Assembly (NCBI GenBank): GCA_033442325.1
Contig: JAWQFM010000036.1
Span: 222,841 to 237,885 of the forward strand
Direction: 5' to 3'
DNA: 15,045 nt
Origin: Salpingoeca rosetta
Taxonomy: Eukaryota > Protista > Choanoflagellata
Shown here: positions 1 to 11,156 of the stretch, in pieces
Position numbering within the stretch: position 1 is the first letter of the stretch
Layout of the letters: each line of letters opens with the position of its first letter
The notes under the pieces: generated by a model
What the model was told of the DNA's origin: nothing
Databases searched by the model: none
Seen by the model: only the letters and a program-made list of their open reading frames with translations
Made by a program: the position numbers and the translations under genes

Positions 1-20
1 CACACGCCGCGACGTTGCAG

Positions 21-1084
<1,064 letters not shown>

Positions 1085-1544
1085 CATGACAGCCGTGCAC
1101 ACACTTGCATCATCACGCGTTCCCCTACTTTCCTCTCTCCTCTCCTCCCCCCCCCTCTTCTTCTTTCCCTGCAGGTCATTGCTGTATTTGGTTGTATCTT
1201 GTGCAACCCAACAACTCATGTTGCCTGCACGCTTGCTCGTTCGCTCGCTTGCTCGTTTGCTGTGCTGTCACAGCCTGCACCATACAGTACAGCGAAAGAC
1301 ACTGAGACGACTTGTGGTTGTTGGAGATGGAAGCATGATGTGATGTGACATGTGACGTGTTGTGGTGTGCGACATGCTCTGGTCCGCAAACAACACACAT
1401 ACACACACGCACACGCACAGACGCACACAATTACTGCTTGTTCACTGATATTGGCTGCGGTTGCGTAACCGTCAGCACAGTTCGTTGTGGACGGACGAAC
1501 GAATGTGTGCACGATGTGTGTGGGAGAAGGGCACTTCCCCACAC

Positions 1545-1549
1545 GATAC

Positions 1550-1640
<91 letters not shown>
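1545..1640. repeat. (CA)n microsatellite upstream of small basic protein gene
   Basis: Near-perfect CA run ending ~80 nt before ATG 1723. Confidence 0.95.
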
Positions 1641-1641
<1 letters not shown>

Positions 1642-1722
1642 CACCACCCTTGCATCCGTAATCTCGCGCACAAGCCAACAAGTCAACGACAGCAGCAGCG
1701 ACGACAAACAGCAACGACAAGA

Positions 1723-2391
1723 ATGGCGTTCCGAAGAGTCGTGGGCACGGTCGTGCGTGCAGCGCGGCCGACTCACGCAAAGAAAGGTGCATATGGTGTT
1801 TGAAGGGAAACATGCACAGTACATGCACACATCACACTCGCCCGCTGCTTGTTCATCATTGGTTGATGTTGAAGTGTCATGACCCTCGCACCTGCTGCAC
1901 CCAGGCGCTCACTCTTGACACACCCACCCCGTGCGCCTCCCCCTCCCCCCATCCGCCCACCCACGCACACATGTATGCCTGCATGCATGAATGAATGTGC
2001 ATGTGTGGACGTAGGCCAGAGGCTGCCAACGCTGAAGGCGGTGCTTGAGAAAAGAGGGGAGACGCCCCGTCACAAAGTCATCACGAACACTGGCCACACA
2101 ACCATTGCGCGTGACCACAGTGACGTGCAACGCATCAGAACCGCCGATGCCAAGGTCTGTCACCCACAGCGTACACAGGCACACAGGCACACACACACAC
2201 ACAGACACAGGCAGAGACACACACACACACACACATGAGATGCCGCCTTCAGCACTGTTGTCACGTTCTCGTACTCCCTTCCCTTCCGTGCATCCCTGTA
2301 GGCCGCGGCAACGTCGCCATCATCGTCGTCGACAACGACCGTCATTCCGAACCTCCACCTTCGTGGCCTCGACGTCAGACGTGGCAAGTGA
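1723..2391 (+). CDS. Small basic hypothetical protein (~97 aa), possible mitochondrial targeting
   Basis: Exons 1723-1786, 2015-2154, 2302-2391 (GT-AG, phases 1 and 0) give MAFRRVVGTVVRAARPTHAKKGQRLPTLKAVLEKRGETPRHKVITNTGHTTIARDHSDVQRIRTADAKAAATSPSSSSTTTVIPNLHLRGLDVRRGK*. The ATG follows a CAA/CAG-rich leader like other starts in the window. No family recognised. Confidence 0.6.
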
Positions 2392-3107
2392 ACACTCTGC
2401 TCACGGTGTGGATGGTGTGGCCGTTGCGATGTGGAGTGCGCTTTCGAGAGAGGCAGATGACGTTGACGTGGCAGACCATAGTCGCTTGGTCGTGCAACGG
2501 TGTTGAGCAACATTGCTCTCGAGCTGCACCGCTACACCTTATCCCTTACTTACATAGATGTCGCTTCCTTAGTTTAGTGTGATGTAGAGTACGTGCTGCT
2601 TGTGTGCTGCGTGTGTGTGTGTGTGTGTGCGTGTGTGCGTGTGCGCGCGCGTGTGTGTGTGTGTGTGTGTATGAACGTGGGTGGGTATCCACTGCTGTTG
2701 CGTCTCTTGCTTCCATGCTGAGCAAGCGAACACACTTGACGTGCTTGCTCCTTGTTCGCCGGTGAATCACAGTGGCCGTCGATTATACTTTACTTGATGC
2801 TGCGCGAACGAGAACAGTGCGTGTGCACGCGTGATGCGCACAGGTGGTGGTATGACCACGCACGCAGCACACAGACACACATAGAGGGGGCGGGCGAAGA
2901 GATGGAATCAGGGACGGAATCAGAGAGACGTGCAGAATGTGAGAGAGAGAGAGAGGGAGGGAGGGAGGGAGGGGCGGGTGAAGGAGATGTATCGAAAGGG
3001 AGCCACGCACACACACACATTCACACACACACACACACACACTCTCTCTCTCTCTCTCACACACACACTCACACACTCACACACACACACATACACACAC
3101 ACACACA

Positions 3108-3373
3108 TCAGTAGCCTTCGTTGGAGAAGGTGATTGTGTATTCGGGGAAGCGCTGTTTCAGGATATCGACGGTAGTTTGGTGGTTCGCGCGTCCAAACGC
3201 CTACATCAGCAGCGGCGGCGACGGCAGTCGAGGAAGCATTAGGTGTGCGGGGACACAGGTACATATGAGATATGAGATGGCAGCGCACAAAGACGTTGGT
3301 GCGCACCACGGCGGTTTTGCGAACACCAGTAAAGCTTACACACAGTTGACATCCGTACCTGCCACTCGCATCA

Positions 3374-3452
<79 letters not shown>

Positions 3453-4082
3453 GCACACACACGCACACACATGTACACACACACACACTCTCTCTCTCTC
3501 TATCTCTCTCTCACCACTGAGTATCCGTAGACGAGGATGCTGCCCTCGTCCTTGTCCACTTCGATGCGCCCCCCGCCCTGCTGCTCACAATCGAATCCAT
3601 GCGCCATCGCCTCCGGCGTCACCCTGTCCAGTACATCCTCTGCCTCGCAATCATGTGCGTGTGTATGTGTTTTGGATGAGAAGGGTGAGCTGCTGCCGAG
3701 CATCGCAACTTGATGGCTGTGGCCGAATAGCAACAACACAGGCAACCATGGCAGGACGGGATTTGTACGAGGTCCGCACATTTTCGCATTGGCTTGTCGC
3801 GCAGAGACATGAAAGTGTACAGCAACACGTGCGCGCAACATATACAAACACACACGTACACACACGAACACACATGCACTACACACACGAACACACTCTC
3901 TCACGCACTCCAACACACACACCCAAACACACTCCAACACACACCCAAACACTGGACTCACGGTGGTACTCGCAGTCAGCGTAGCCCCGAACAAGCGTAT
4001 CGGACTCCCCCGTCTTGGGGTTGGTCACTCGCACCAGCACATACTTGAACGTGCCATGCTCCTCAATGTCGACCGGCTCCAT
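3108..4082 (-). CDS. PHPT1: 14 kDa phosphohistidine phosphatase (Janus/Ocnus family), 112 aa
   Basis: Minus-strand exons 4082-3962, 3639-3515, 3200-3108 give MEPVDIEEHGTFKYVLVRVTNPKTGESDTLVRGYADCEYHQDVLDRVTPEAMAHGFDCEQQGGGRIEVDKDEGSILVYGYSVAFGRANHQTTVDILKQRFPEYTITFSNEGY*. Hallmark motifs VDI..G.FKYVL, VRGY..EYH (catalytic His), GGGRI, VYGYS, G.A.H and terminal N.GY are all present. Confidence 0.96.
3375..3512. repeat. (CA)n followed by (CT)n microsatellite in PHPT1 intron 2
   Basis: Directly visible; reads (GA)n then (TG)n on the sense strand. Confidence 0.93.
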
Positions 4083-4550
4083 GATTGTTGTGGTTGTTGT
4101 TGTGCAGGCAGGATGACAGCGTTTGTGTCATGTCATCACAACATGTCACAATTCAACGTCAGTGCCAGATACTACACTTCGTCCTGTCCAATACCGTCTA
4201 CCCTGCACGATCAAAACACGTCAAGCACGAAATGAGGAGTGACCGTTGCGACGTTTATGTGAAATCTTTAACTAATGTTCCTCTTGCCGTCAAAGTCAAG
4301 TTTGCCGTTGCACCATCCCATATCGCACGCATCAACCGCACCGCGCAGCAGCTCGGGTTCCGCTCCAAGGAGGCGCACGCAGCGAGATCACACGCCCCAG
4401 TCGCTTGCCGGCACTGCCCAGAGCCCCACACAACCCCTGAAGCCCGCCAAGTGCACCCGCAACCGCATCAGTCGCTCTCGACCGCGCCGAAAACGGCCAA
4501 CGCAGCGCCAGGTGCCAAAGTCATCTTTACCTTTGGCTTCTGCCCAACGC

Positions 4551-4568
4551 AACTTTGCCGGCAAAGTT
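4551..4568. repeat. Perfect 18-bp palindrome AACTTTGCCGGCAAAGTT in the divergent intergenic region
   Basis: The sequence equals its own reverse complement; it lies between the head-to-head PHPT1 and putative TF genes. Confidence 0.85.
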
Positions 4569-4991
4569 TGACTTGCCCGTACCCTGGTGGTTGACTGGTG
4601 TGGTCGTTGTTGGAAGGACCACCGCGGCAGCTGCCTGCGAAACAGCCGTCACACGGCACCGCTGAGCCAGCCAGCCACACCCTCCTTCCCTTGCGTCGCT
4701 GGGCTTGATTTGAGCTGCTCTTGGCTTTCCAAGCGCCAACACTCACCCTTTTGCAGTCAAACCAGCAGCTCGCACACTCGCTGTCTTGTTTGGCGCTACG
4801 CATTCCTTGCACACGTTCCTCAATTGCTGCGACACAAAGGCCGAGGTGCACTGCGCTGAGCGTTCCACCTGATCCTCTTCACCAACTTCAAGGAAAAATC
4901 GCAGCAGAACAAGGTATGGCTGCGGGGTTGTGGACGATGTGTGTGCTTGTGTGCATGTGTGTTTACATGCTTACCTAACAACCCTGCTTGT

Positions 4992-5026
4992 GAGTGCGAG
5001 TGCGAGTGCGAGTGCGAGTGCGAGTG
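4992..5026. repeat. (GAGTGC)5+ hexanucleotide repeat
   Basis: Five full tandem copies plus a partial copy. Confidence 0.9.
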
Positions 5027-5172
5027 TGTGTGAGTGTGTAAGTGCATGTTCCGAACCATTTTCCTACCTCCTCGTGGTCTCTGCTCTTTTCTCATGTTCG
5101 AGCCGGCCCCGTTTGCCCCTCCTCCTCGCCCACACACGCATCCTCCAACGTATCCACCACACATCTACATGT

Positions 5173-5203
<31 letters not shown>

Positions 5204-5270
5204 GCACTGAAACAATCACACCAATGCCACCCCCTTCCACGCTCACACATCCGCACACACGCGCGAACTT

Positions 5271-6320
5271 ATGCAGATGATGAACACGGGCACACCTGGC
5301 GGCGCGCGACGCGCCAGTCACTCGCAAGATGGGCGCCCGCCAGCCAAGAAGGCCCGACGCAAGCGGTTTGTGTGGAACGACACGCTCACTGCACGCGCGC
5401 TGGAGTGCTGCATCAGCCTGCGCATTCCCTGCAAGCATGGCAAGCACGGCGTCTCCACGCTGTGGGACCAGGTGGCCACGCACATCAACGAGATTACGCT
5501 GCTGCGCCCGCACCACGCGCAACACGACACAACCGCCACCGCCAACACCGGCGGTAGTGGTGGCGCCCACAACAACAACAACAACGACAACAACGTCAGC
5601 AGCAGCAGCAGCAACAACAACCATGGCGGTAGTGGCAGCGTGCCACACGCAGGCACGCCCGTGACGGAAAGCCCCAACAGCAGCACGCTGTCCAGCGCAC
5701 CGCCGCCGTCATCATCAACGCCAGGCAGCACCGCTGGTGGCGATGACAGCGTGTCAGGCGCAGCAACAGCGACACCAACGAGCACTGCACCAGCAGTCAT
5801 GCCACAAACAACGACAACGGCAACATCAGCCGCATCCGGCACGCCATCGGCAGCGGCGGTCATGACACCGGGCAGCATGCATATGGGGACATCACCCCGC
5901 ACGCTGGCAGACGTGAACCCGGAGGACCTGTTGACCGGCGACCGCGTGCGCAAACGCATCATGAGCGTGATTGATAAGGTGGCACGCACGGACCGCCTGC
6001 AGCAGCAGCACGCCCTGCAGGTTGCAGCGGAGGGCACGGCGCTGGGCCTGGCGCCTCCGGAAGAGGACTTCTTCTCGGAGGAGGTGGTGCAACTTGCACG
6101 GAGGTTCATTATGATGCGTGGCGAGGCATTCCACCTGCGTGACGAGGGTGGCAGCGGCAGCGGCGGCGGTGCTGGTGACGTGTCCATGACGTCGATGGAT
6201 TTGAGCCCGCTTCCTTCGACCAACACCAGCATAATGGGTGGTGGTGGTGGTGTTGCCGGCGCACACGCGCACATGCACGCGCCCGCCACACACGCACACG
6301 CGCACCCTTCCCCATTCCCT

Positions 6321-6389
<69 letters not shown>

Positions 6390-7640
6390 GCGTTGTTGCT
6401 GCCACCGCACTCGCACGCCCCCGTGCACGCACATGCGCACGCGCACGCACCAGCAACGTCTGCAGCAGCAGCGGCAACCGCGTCAACACCAACATCAGCA
6501 GCAGCATCAACAGCAATGACAGTGACATCTGCAGCCGAGACAGCACCACCAGCAGCAACGGCCGGTGGCCATGATGGGCATGATGGTGATGGTGATGACG
6601 GTAACGGCGATGGTGGTGATGGTGGTGGTGGTGGTGGTGGCAGCGGCCGTGCGAGTCCAATGGAAGAACGAGGCAATAACAGCACAGGTGATGAGGGGAG
6701 AGCGCAGGACGCAGCTGCAGCCGCCACACACCACCAAGCCACAGCCGCAACCAGCAACACCGCCAACAGCACCGCCAACAGCAGCAACGGCGATGATGGC
6801 AGCACCAGCAGCAGCGGTGGTGATGGGATGATGAATACGGGTCGCGTTGCGCGCGGCAGCCGGGTGAGTTGTCGTTTGCATTGTTGTGTCTGTGATTGGG
6901 GGGGGGGAAGTGGGTGGGTGGTGGTGTTGACACGTGCGTATGTGTTTGTGTTGTTTTATCAAAGAAGCGCACGCACACAATCACACACACATACACACAC
7001 ACACACTAACACACACACACACACACACTAACACACACACACACACGAACACACACACGCACTCACTGCCTCTCACCAGGGGTCGGCTGGGCGGCGCGCG
7101 GCACGGGCACAGGGGCTGCCAACACCAGCACCAGCGACAATGGCGATGGCGAGTGCAATGGGGCAGGAGGCGCTGCAACACGACCGCCTCACGTCTCTCC
7201 TCTACAACGCCGTCAACCGCCTGCTCGACAAGTGAGTTGCGTCATCACGTCAGGCTGTGTCGCGGTGTGTGTGTCTGTGTGTCTGTGTGTCTGTGTGTCT
7301 GTGTGTCTGTGTGTGCGTGTGTGTGTGTTTTATGCTTGAGTTTCATTGCTGTTTGCTTCAATCTCGAACCCCCAACTCGTCTCATGCACAACCCCCTCCG
7401 CCCCCCCCCCCCACACACATCTACTCAACACCCTCCCTTCCCTCCCCTCCCCTCCATTGTCTCTGCGTGCACAGGTTTGATTCGCTTGAGGCGCGGCTGG
7501 GGGACGTGCAGCGCGTGGTGAAGCAGCAGGAGGAGATGCAGAAGGTGATGGTGAACTTGGACGCGTTCATGTCGCACGCCATGATGGCACAGCAGACGAC
7601 CCACCACCAGCACCAGCACCACCACCAGCAGCAGCAGCAG

Positions 7641-7672
<32 letters not shown>

Positions 7673-7897
7673 ACAGCCACACGCACAGCAACATCACACC
7701 ATGCATGCCGCACAACAGCAACAACAACAGCAGCAGCAGCAGCAGCAACACATGTCCCATCAGCACGAGCTGCCCAAGGCACCACCGGTATTGGCGCACC
7801 ACCACCACCCGCACCACATGCACTTGCAGCAGCAACAACATCAACAACATCAACAACAGCAGCAACAGCAACAGCAGCCCCAGCAACAAGCTCAGCC

Positions 7898-7928
<31 letters not shown>

Positions 7929-8006
7929 GATCCCCACCATCACCACCAGCAACATCACCAGCACCCACGCCACCCTCAGCCGCCACACCCACCCCACGCA
8001 GCTTAA
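5271..8006 (+). CDS. Putative transcription factor (~758 aa): NLS, Myb/SANT-like (trihelix-like) helices, long low-complexity regions, coiled coil, polyQ/H tail
   Basis: Exons 5271-6863, 7080-7231, 7475-8006 (GT-AG, phases 0 and 2) read through to TAA 8004-8006. Sequence includes PPAKKARRKRFVWNDTLTARALECC...LWDQVATHINEI, LLTGDRVRKRIMSVIDKV, and LLDKFDSLEARLGDVQRVVKQQEEMQKV. The true start may be ATG 5277 or 5280. Gene structure is well supported; the domain call is by eye. Confidence 0.75.
6321..6386 (+). repeat. Pure (CAG)22 coding polyglutamine tract
   Basis: 22 uninterrupted CAG codons in frame with the 5271 ORF. Confidence 0.95.
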
Positions 8007-8011
8007 CTGTG

Positions 8012-8013
<2 letters not shown>

Positions 8014-8102
<89 letters not shown>
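8014..8102. repeat. (GT)n microsatellite immediately 3' of TF stop codon
   Basis: Perfect GT run starting 7 nt after TAA 8006. Confidence 0.95.
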
Positions 8103-8104
<2 letters not shown>

Positions 8105-8636
8105 GAGCGACACGGAGTACCACAGCACCTTTCTTTCTTCTTTCTTTTTGGGTGCATCTCATGCTGTGGCTTCCCCATTTCACGACACGTGCGCTTGTTT
8201 GTTTGTCACATCATGTCACTTCCACCTCCTCCTGTTGTTGTTTGGCTGGCAAGTTCTTCGCATGTGTGCTGTTTTGGTTGTTACATTAGTTCTCGCTGTT
8301 TGCTTTATGTTGGTCGCGGGCCACTGGGCCATTGCTTCCACACGTTTCCTTCTGCACGGGGGGGGGCAAGCAGTTGTGACATGGCAGCGTCGCTTCATGT
8401 CACAGGCAGGCGTTAACTGATGCCTTGTTGTTCCCTCTCCAAGTCGTTCCCGCTTCTTCGTTCAACATGCACATGCAACAACAACACTGGCTGGCTGGCC
8501 TTCTTGAGAAGCGTGCTTGCATGCACCCGCATTGCACGCCCTGCTCCTATGACCATTGGTCACGGCCACTTGTTTCTCCCATGCGAAGACACGTGATGTG
8601 ACATGCATGCATGCGCGTTGATACAATCAGTGAGCG

Positions 8637-8637
<1 letters not shown>

Positions 8638-8682
<45 letters not shown>
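8638..8682. repeat. (GTT)15 trinucleotide repeat, intergenic
   Basis: 15 perfect copies. Confidence 0.92.
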
Positions 8683-10324
8683 GCTCGTCCGCCTTTTGTG
8701 TGCCCGCCTGCCTCCCCTTAAAACACCGAGCACTTTCGTTGTGTTGTTTGCAAGGTGGCGAGCAAATCATTGCAATGTGCGATGCATGGCAAGCAAGCTG
8801 GGTCGAAGCGGTGGGATGACGACGACGCTCATGTCCCGCCACACCACACCACGCCACGCCAGCAACCAGTGGGTGGTACAAACAAAACCAAGCAGAGGAG
8901 GAGCACTCACTGACTGAGCGAGGGAGCGAGCATGACTTGAGAAGGTGTTTACACCGCCACTGCCACGCCTTGCATTCCACGTGCACCCATCTGCGCGTGC
9001 ACGCTCCTCGCCATATCAGCCACGTTCACATGTCACACACATTTCTTCGTTTCAAGCTGGCGGTTGTCGTCGTCATGTTTTCTCTCGCCACTTTGATGAA
9101 ATGACACGCACAAGCAGCAGCTGACACAAACCACAGCTTGATGCCATCATTTTTGATGAAACGCAACCCAACTGCTGTTCCTTGGGGCGGGGCAAAACAG
9201 CGAAGCTTTGCCTGCCGTTGGCAGAACGGTCCTCAAGCAGCCCAACCCAGCGCGCAACCTTGAAACCCTGACCAATGGTTGCACATCACAACCACACATC
9301 CACACCAACGCACGCCAACCACATGTTCAGCCTACAACCGTCACCGCCATTGTTGCCCCAACCAACGCCACGCTGCCTTGACGTATTGACAGCACCGTAC
9401 TGCTTGCATCAACACACACACACACACAACTGTAACGGAAAGCTGAATGTCATCACTGCGCAGGAGGCGAAACCTGACCAGGGTTTGTTGATGCGGGGAA
9501 CAATGGCGCAGCGAACGTCAAGGCACTCGGCCGTGCATGCATGCAATGAGTCTCGTGCAGCAGCAATATGAGCAATACGTGCAATGCGCTTGGGTGCCTG
9601 TGTGACAGGGCGTGCACACCGCCCCTCTCGCACCTCCGCCCGCCAGACCCAAACTCCCACAAACACACACACACACACAAACACACCATCACTCGCAGAA
9701 AATGCATGCAGGCAACAACCACTTGTCCCCCCAACCACACATTTCGTTGACAACAAAACTATCTGTGTTGAAGCAATGCCCACCCCCACAAAGCCACCAG
9801 CACATTAACAACCGTTTCCACCCCTGCATGCGCTTGTTGGCAAGCACCCAACTGTTCACTGACGAGCACATGCCGTTTTTTTTTTTGCTTTCGTCGTTCC
9901 TCCCTTGCGCGAGCCAGGTGCGGCCACACACACACACACACAAGCGAAAAAAAAAAACTTACAGCCACACACGCCGCACACTTGCACCACACACACACAC
10001 CTGCATGCTGCGAGCTGCACCCGATGCCTGCGTCTTTTGTGGTTCATTTCTTCCTCAACAACCTGTTCCTCTCCCACCCGTTGCACGCCTGTGTTGCTGT
10101 TGTTGTTCCTCAGAGACACATACACATACACATACACCCAGCCTCCGCTTTGCTCCACCTTCCGTTGGATTGAAGCTTGCGTGTGCTGTGCGCACCCATT
10201 TTCTCCTTTTCCCACTTGTCTGCCCTGGTGAACCGAGTTCACTCTCCTCCTCTCCATTGAGTGATTGTCATATCCTCAGATATATCCGCTCCATACCACC
10301 ACCACCACCACCACCACCACCAAG

Positions 10325-11118
10325 ATGCCGCGTGCAACAAACACACGCGCGGCTTGGCTTTCGGCCTGCGTGCTCCTCTTTACCCTCGTTGCCTCTTGGC
10401 AACAGCCCATCGTCAACGCCGTGAGTGCCACCGCCTCACTGCATGCGCTTCGTCTTTGTGTTCTCTACCTCTCTGCTTCTCTGCTTCTCCTTTGTTCCTC
10501 TGCTCCTCCTTCTCAGCAAGACAAGCACGCGAAGAAGCATCTCCACCAACAGCCTGCTCACCATTGTTCCATTCACGCGTGCTGCCTGACAGGAGGTTTC
10601 CCTTGGCGATGCTCTGACCGCGTCGGAATTCCTTGATGAGCTGGTGCGTGCATGTGCTCGCTTCCTCGCTTCCTCGCTTGCTTTCTTGCTTGTATGCATG
10701 GTGGTGGCACGAGCTGTCCATCACCCAGAGCGAGCGGGCAATGCCTTGCCGTCCGTGGCGCTGTCGCCCTTGTGTTTAAAGAAAGCTCGGTTCTCAACAA
10801 CGCATATCCCTCATCCGACCACCCCCCTCCCCATCTCACCCTTCACCCTTCTTCTTCGAATGCAAAATCGCTCCACAGGCCCTCAACGACTGCGCCCAAC
10901 TGACTGACTCCAACTCCGGGTACTACTTCACAAGCGGCCAGGAAACAGGCGTCTCTCGCACACGCTGCGACACAGGTGAGGGCGCGTGCCACCGTGCGTG
11001 GCTTGCTTTGTCTTCTCCTTTGTGACGTGAAGGAGTGTTGCTGCCCTCTTCAGCCTGTTTGCCTCTCTCTGCTTCATTTATTGTGACTGATGACGGATTT
11101 GCCTGCATGCAACCCCCC

Positions 11119-11156
<38 letters not shown>

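Noticed and set aside
4085-4594. 169-aa plus-strand ORF divergent from PHPT1
   Set aside because: Non-ATG start, no recognisable domain or coherent splice partners; better explained as promoter sequence.
4789-4796. E2F-like site TTTGGCGC
   Set aside because: A single 8-mer match; the same word occurs in an intron at ~12439, so chance is sufficient.
5318-8183. Long minus-strand ORFs (323, 297, 252, 203 aa) with poly-L/A/C
   Set aside because: Antisense shadows of the GC-rich, CAG-rich TF exons; no independent motifs.
8400-10260. Possible small gene or ncRNA in the ~2-kb intergenic region, including the polyQ-ending ORF 8627-8986 (-)
   Set aside because: No phase-consistent exon chain or tRNA/snRNA motifs found by eye; the polyQ is just the (GTT)15 repeat. 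An unseen transcript cannot be excluded.
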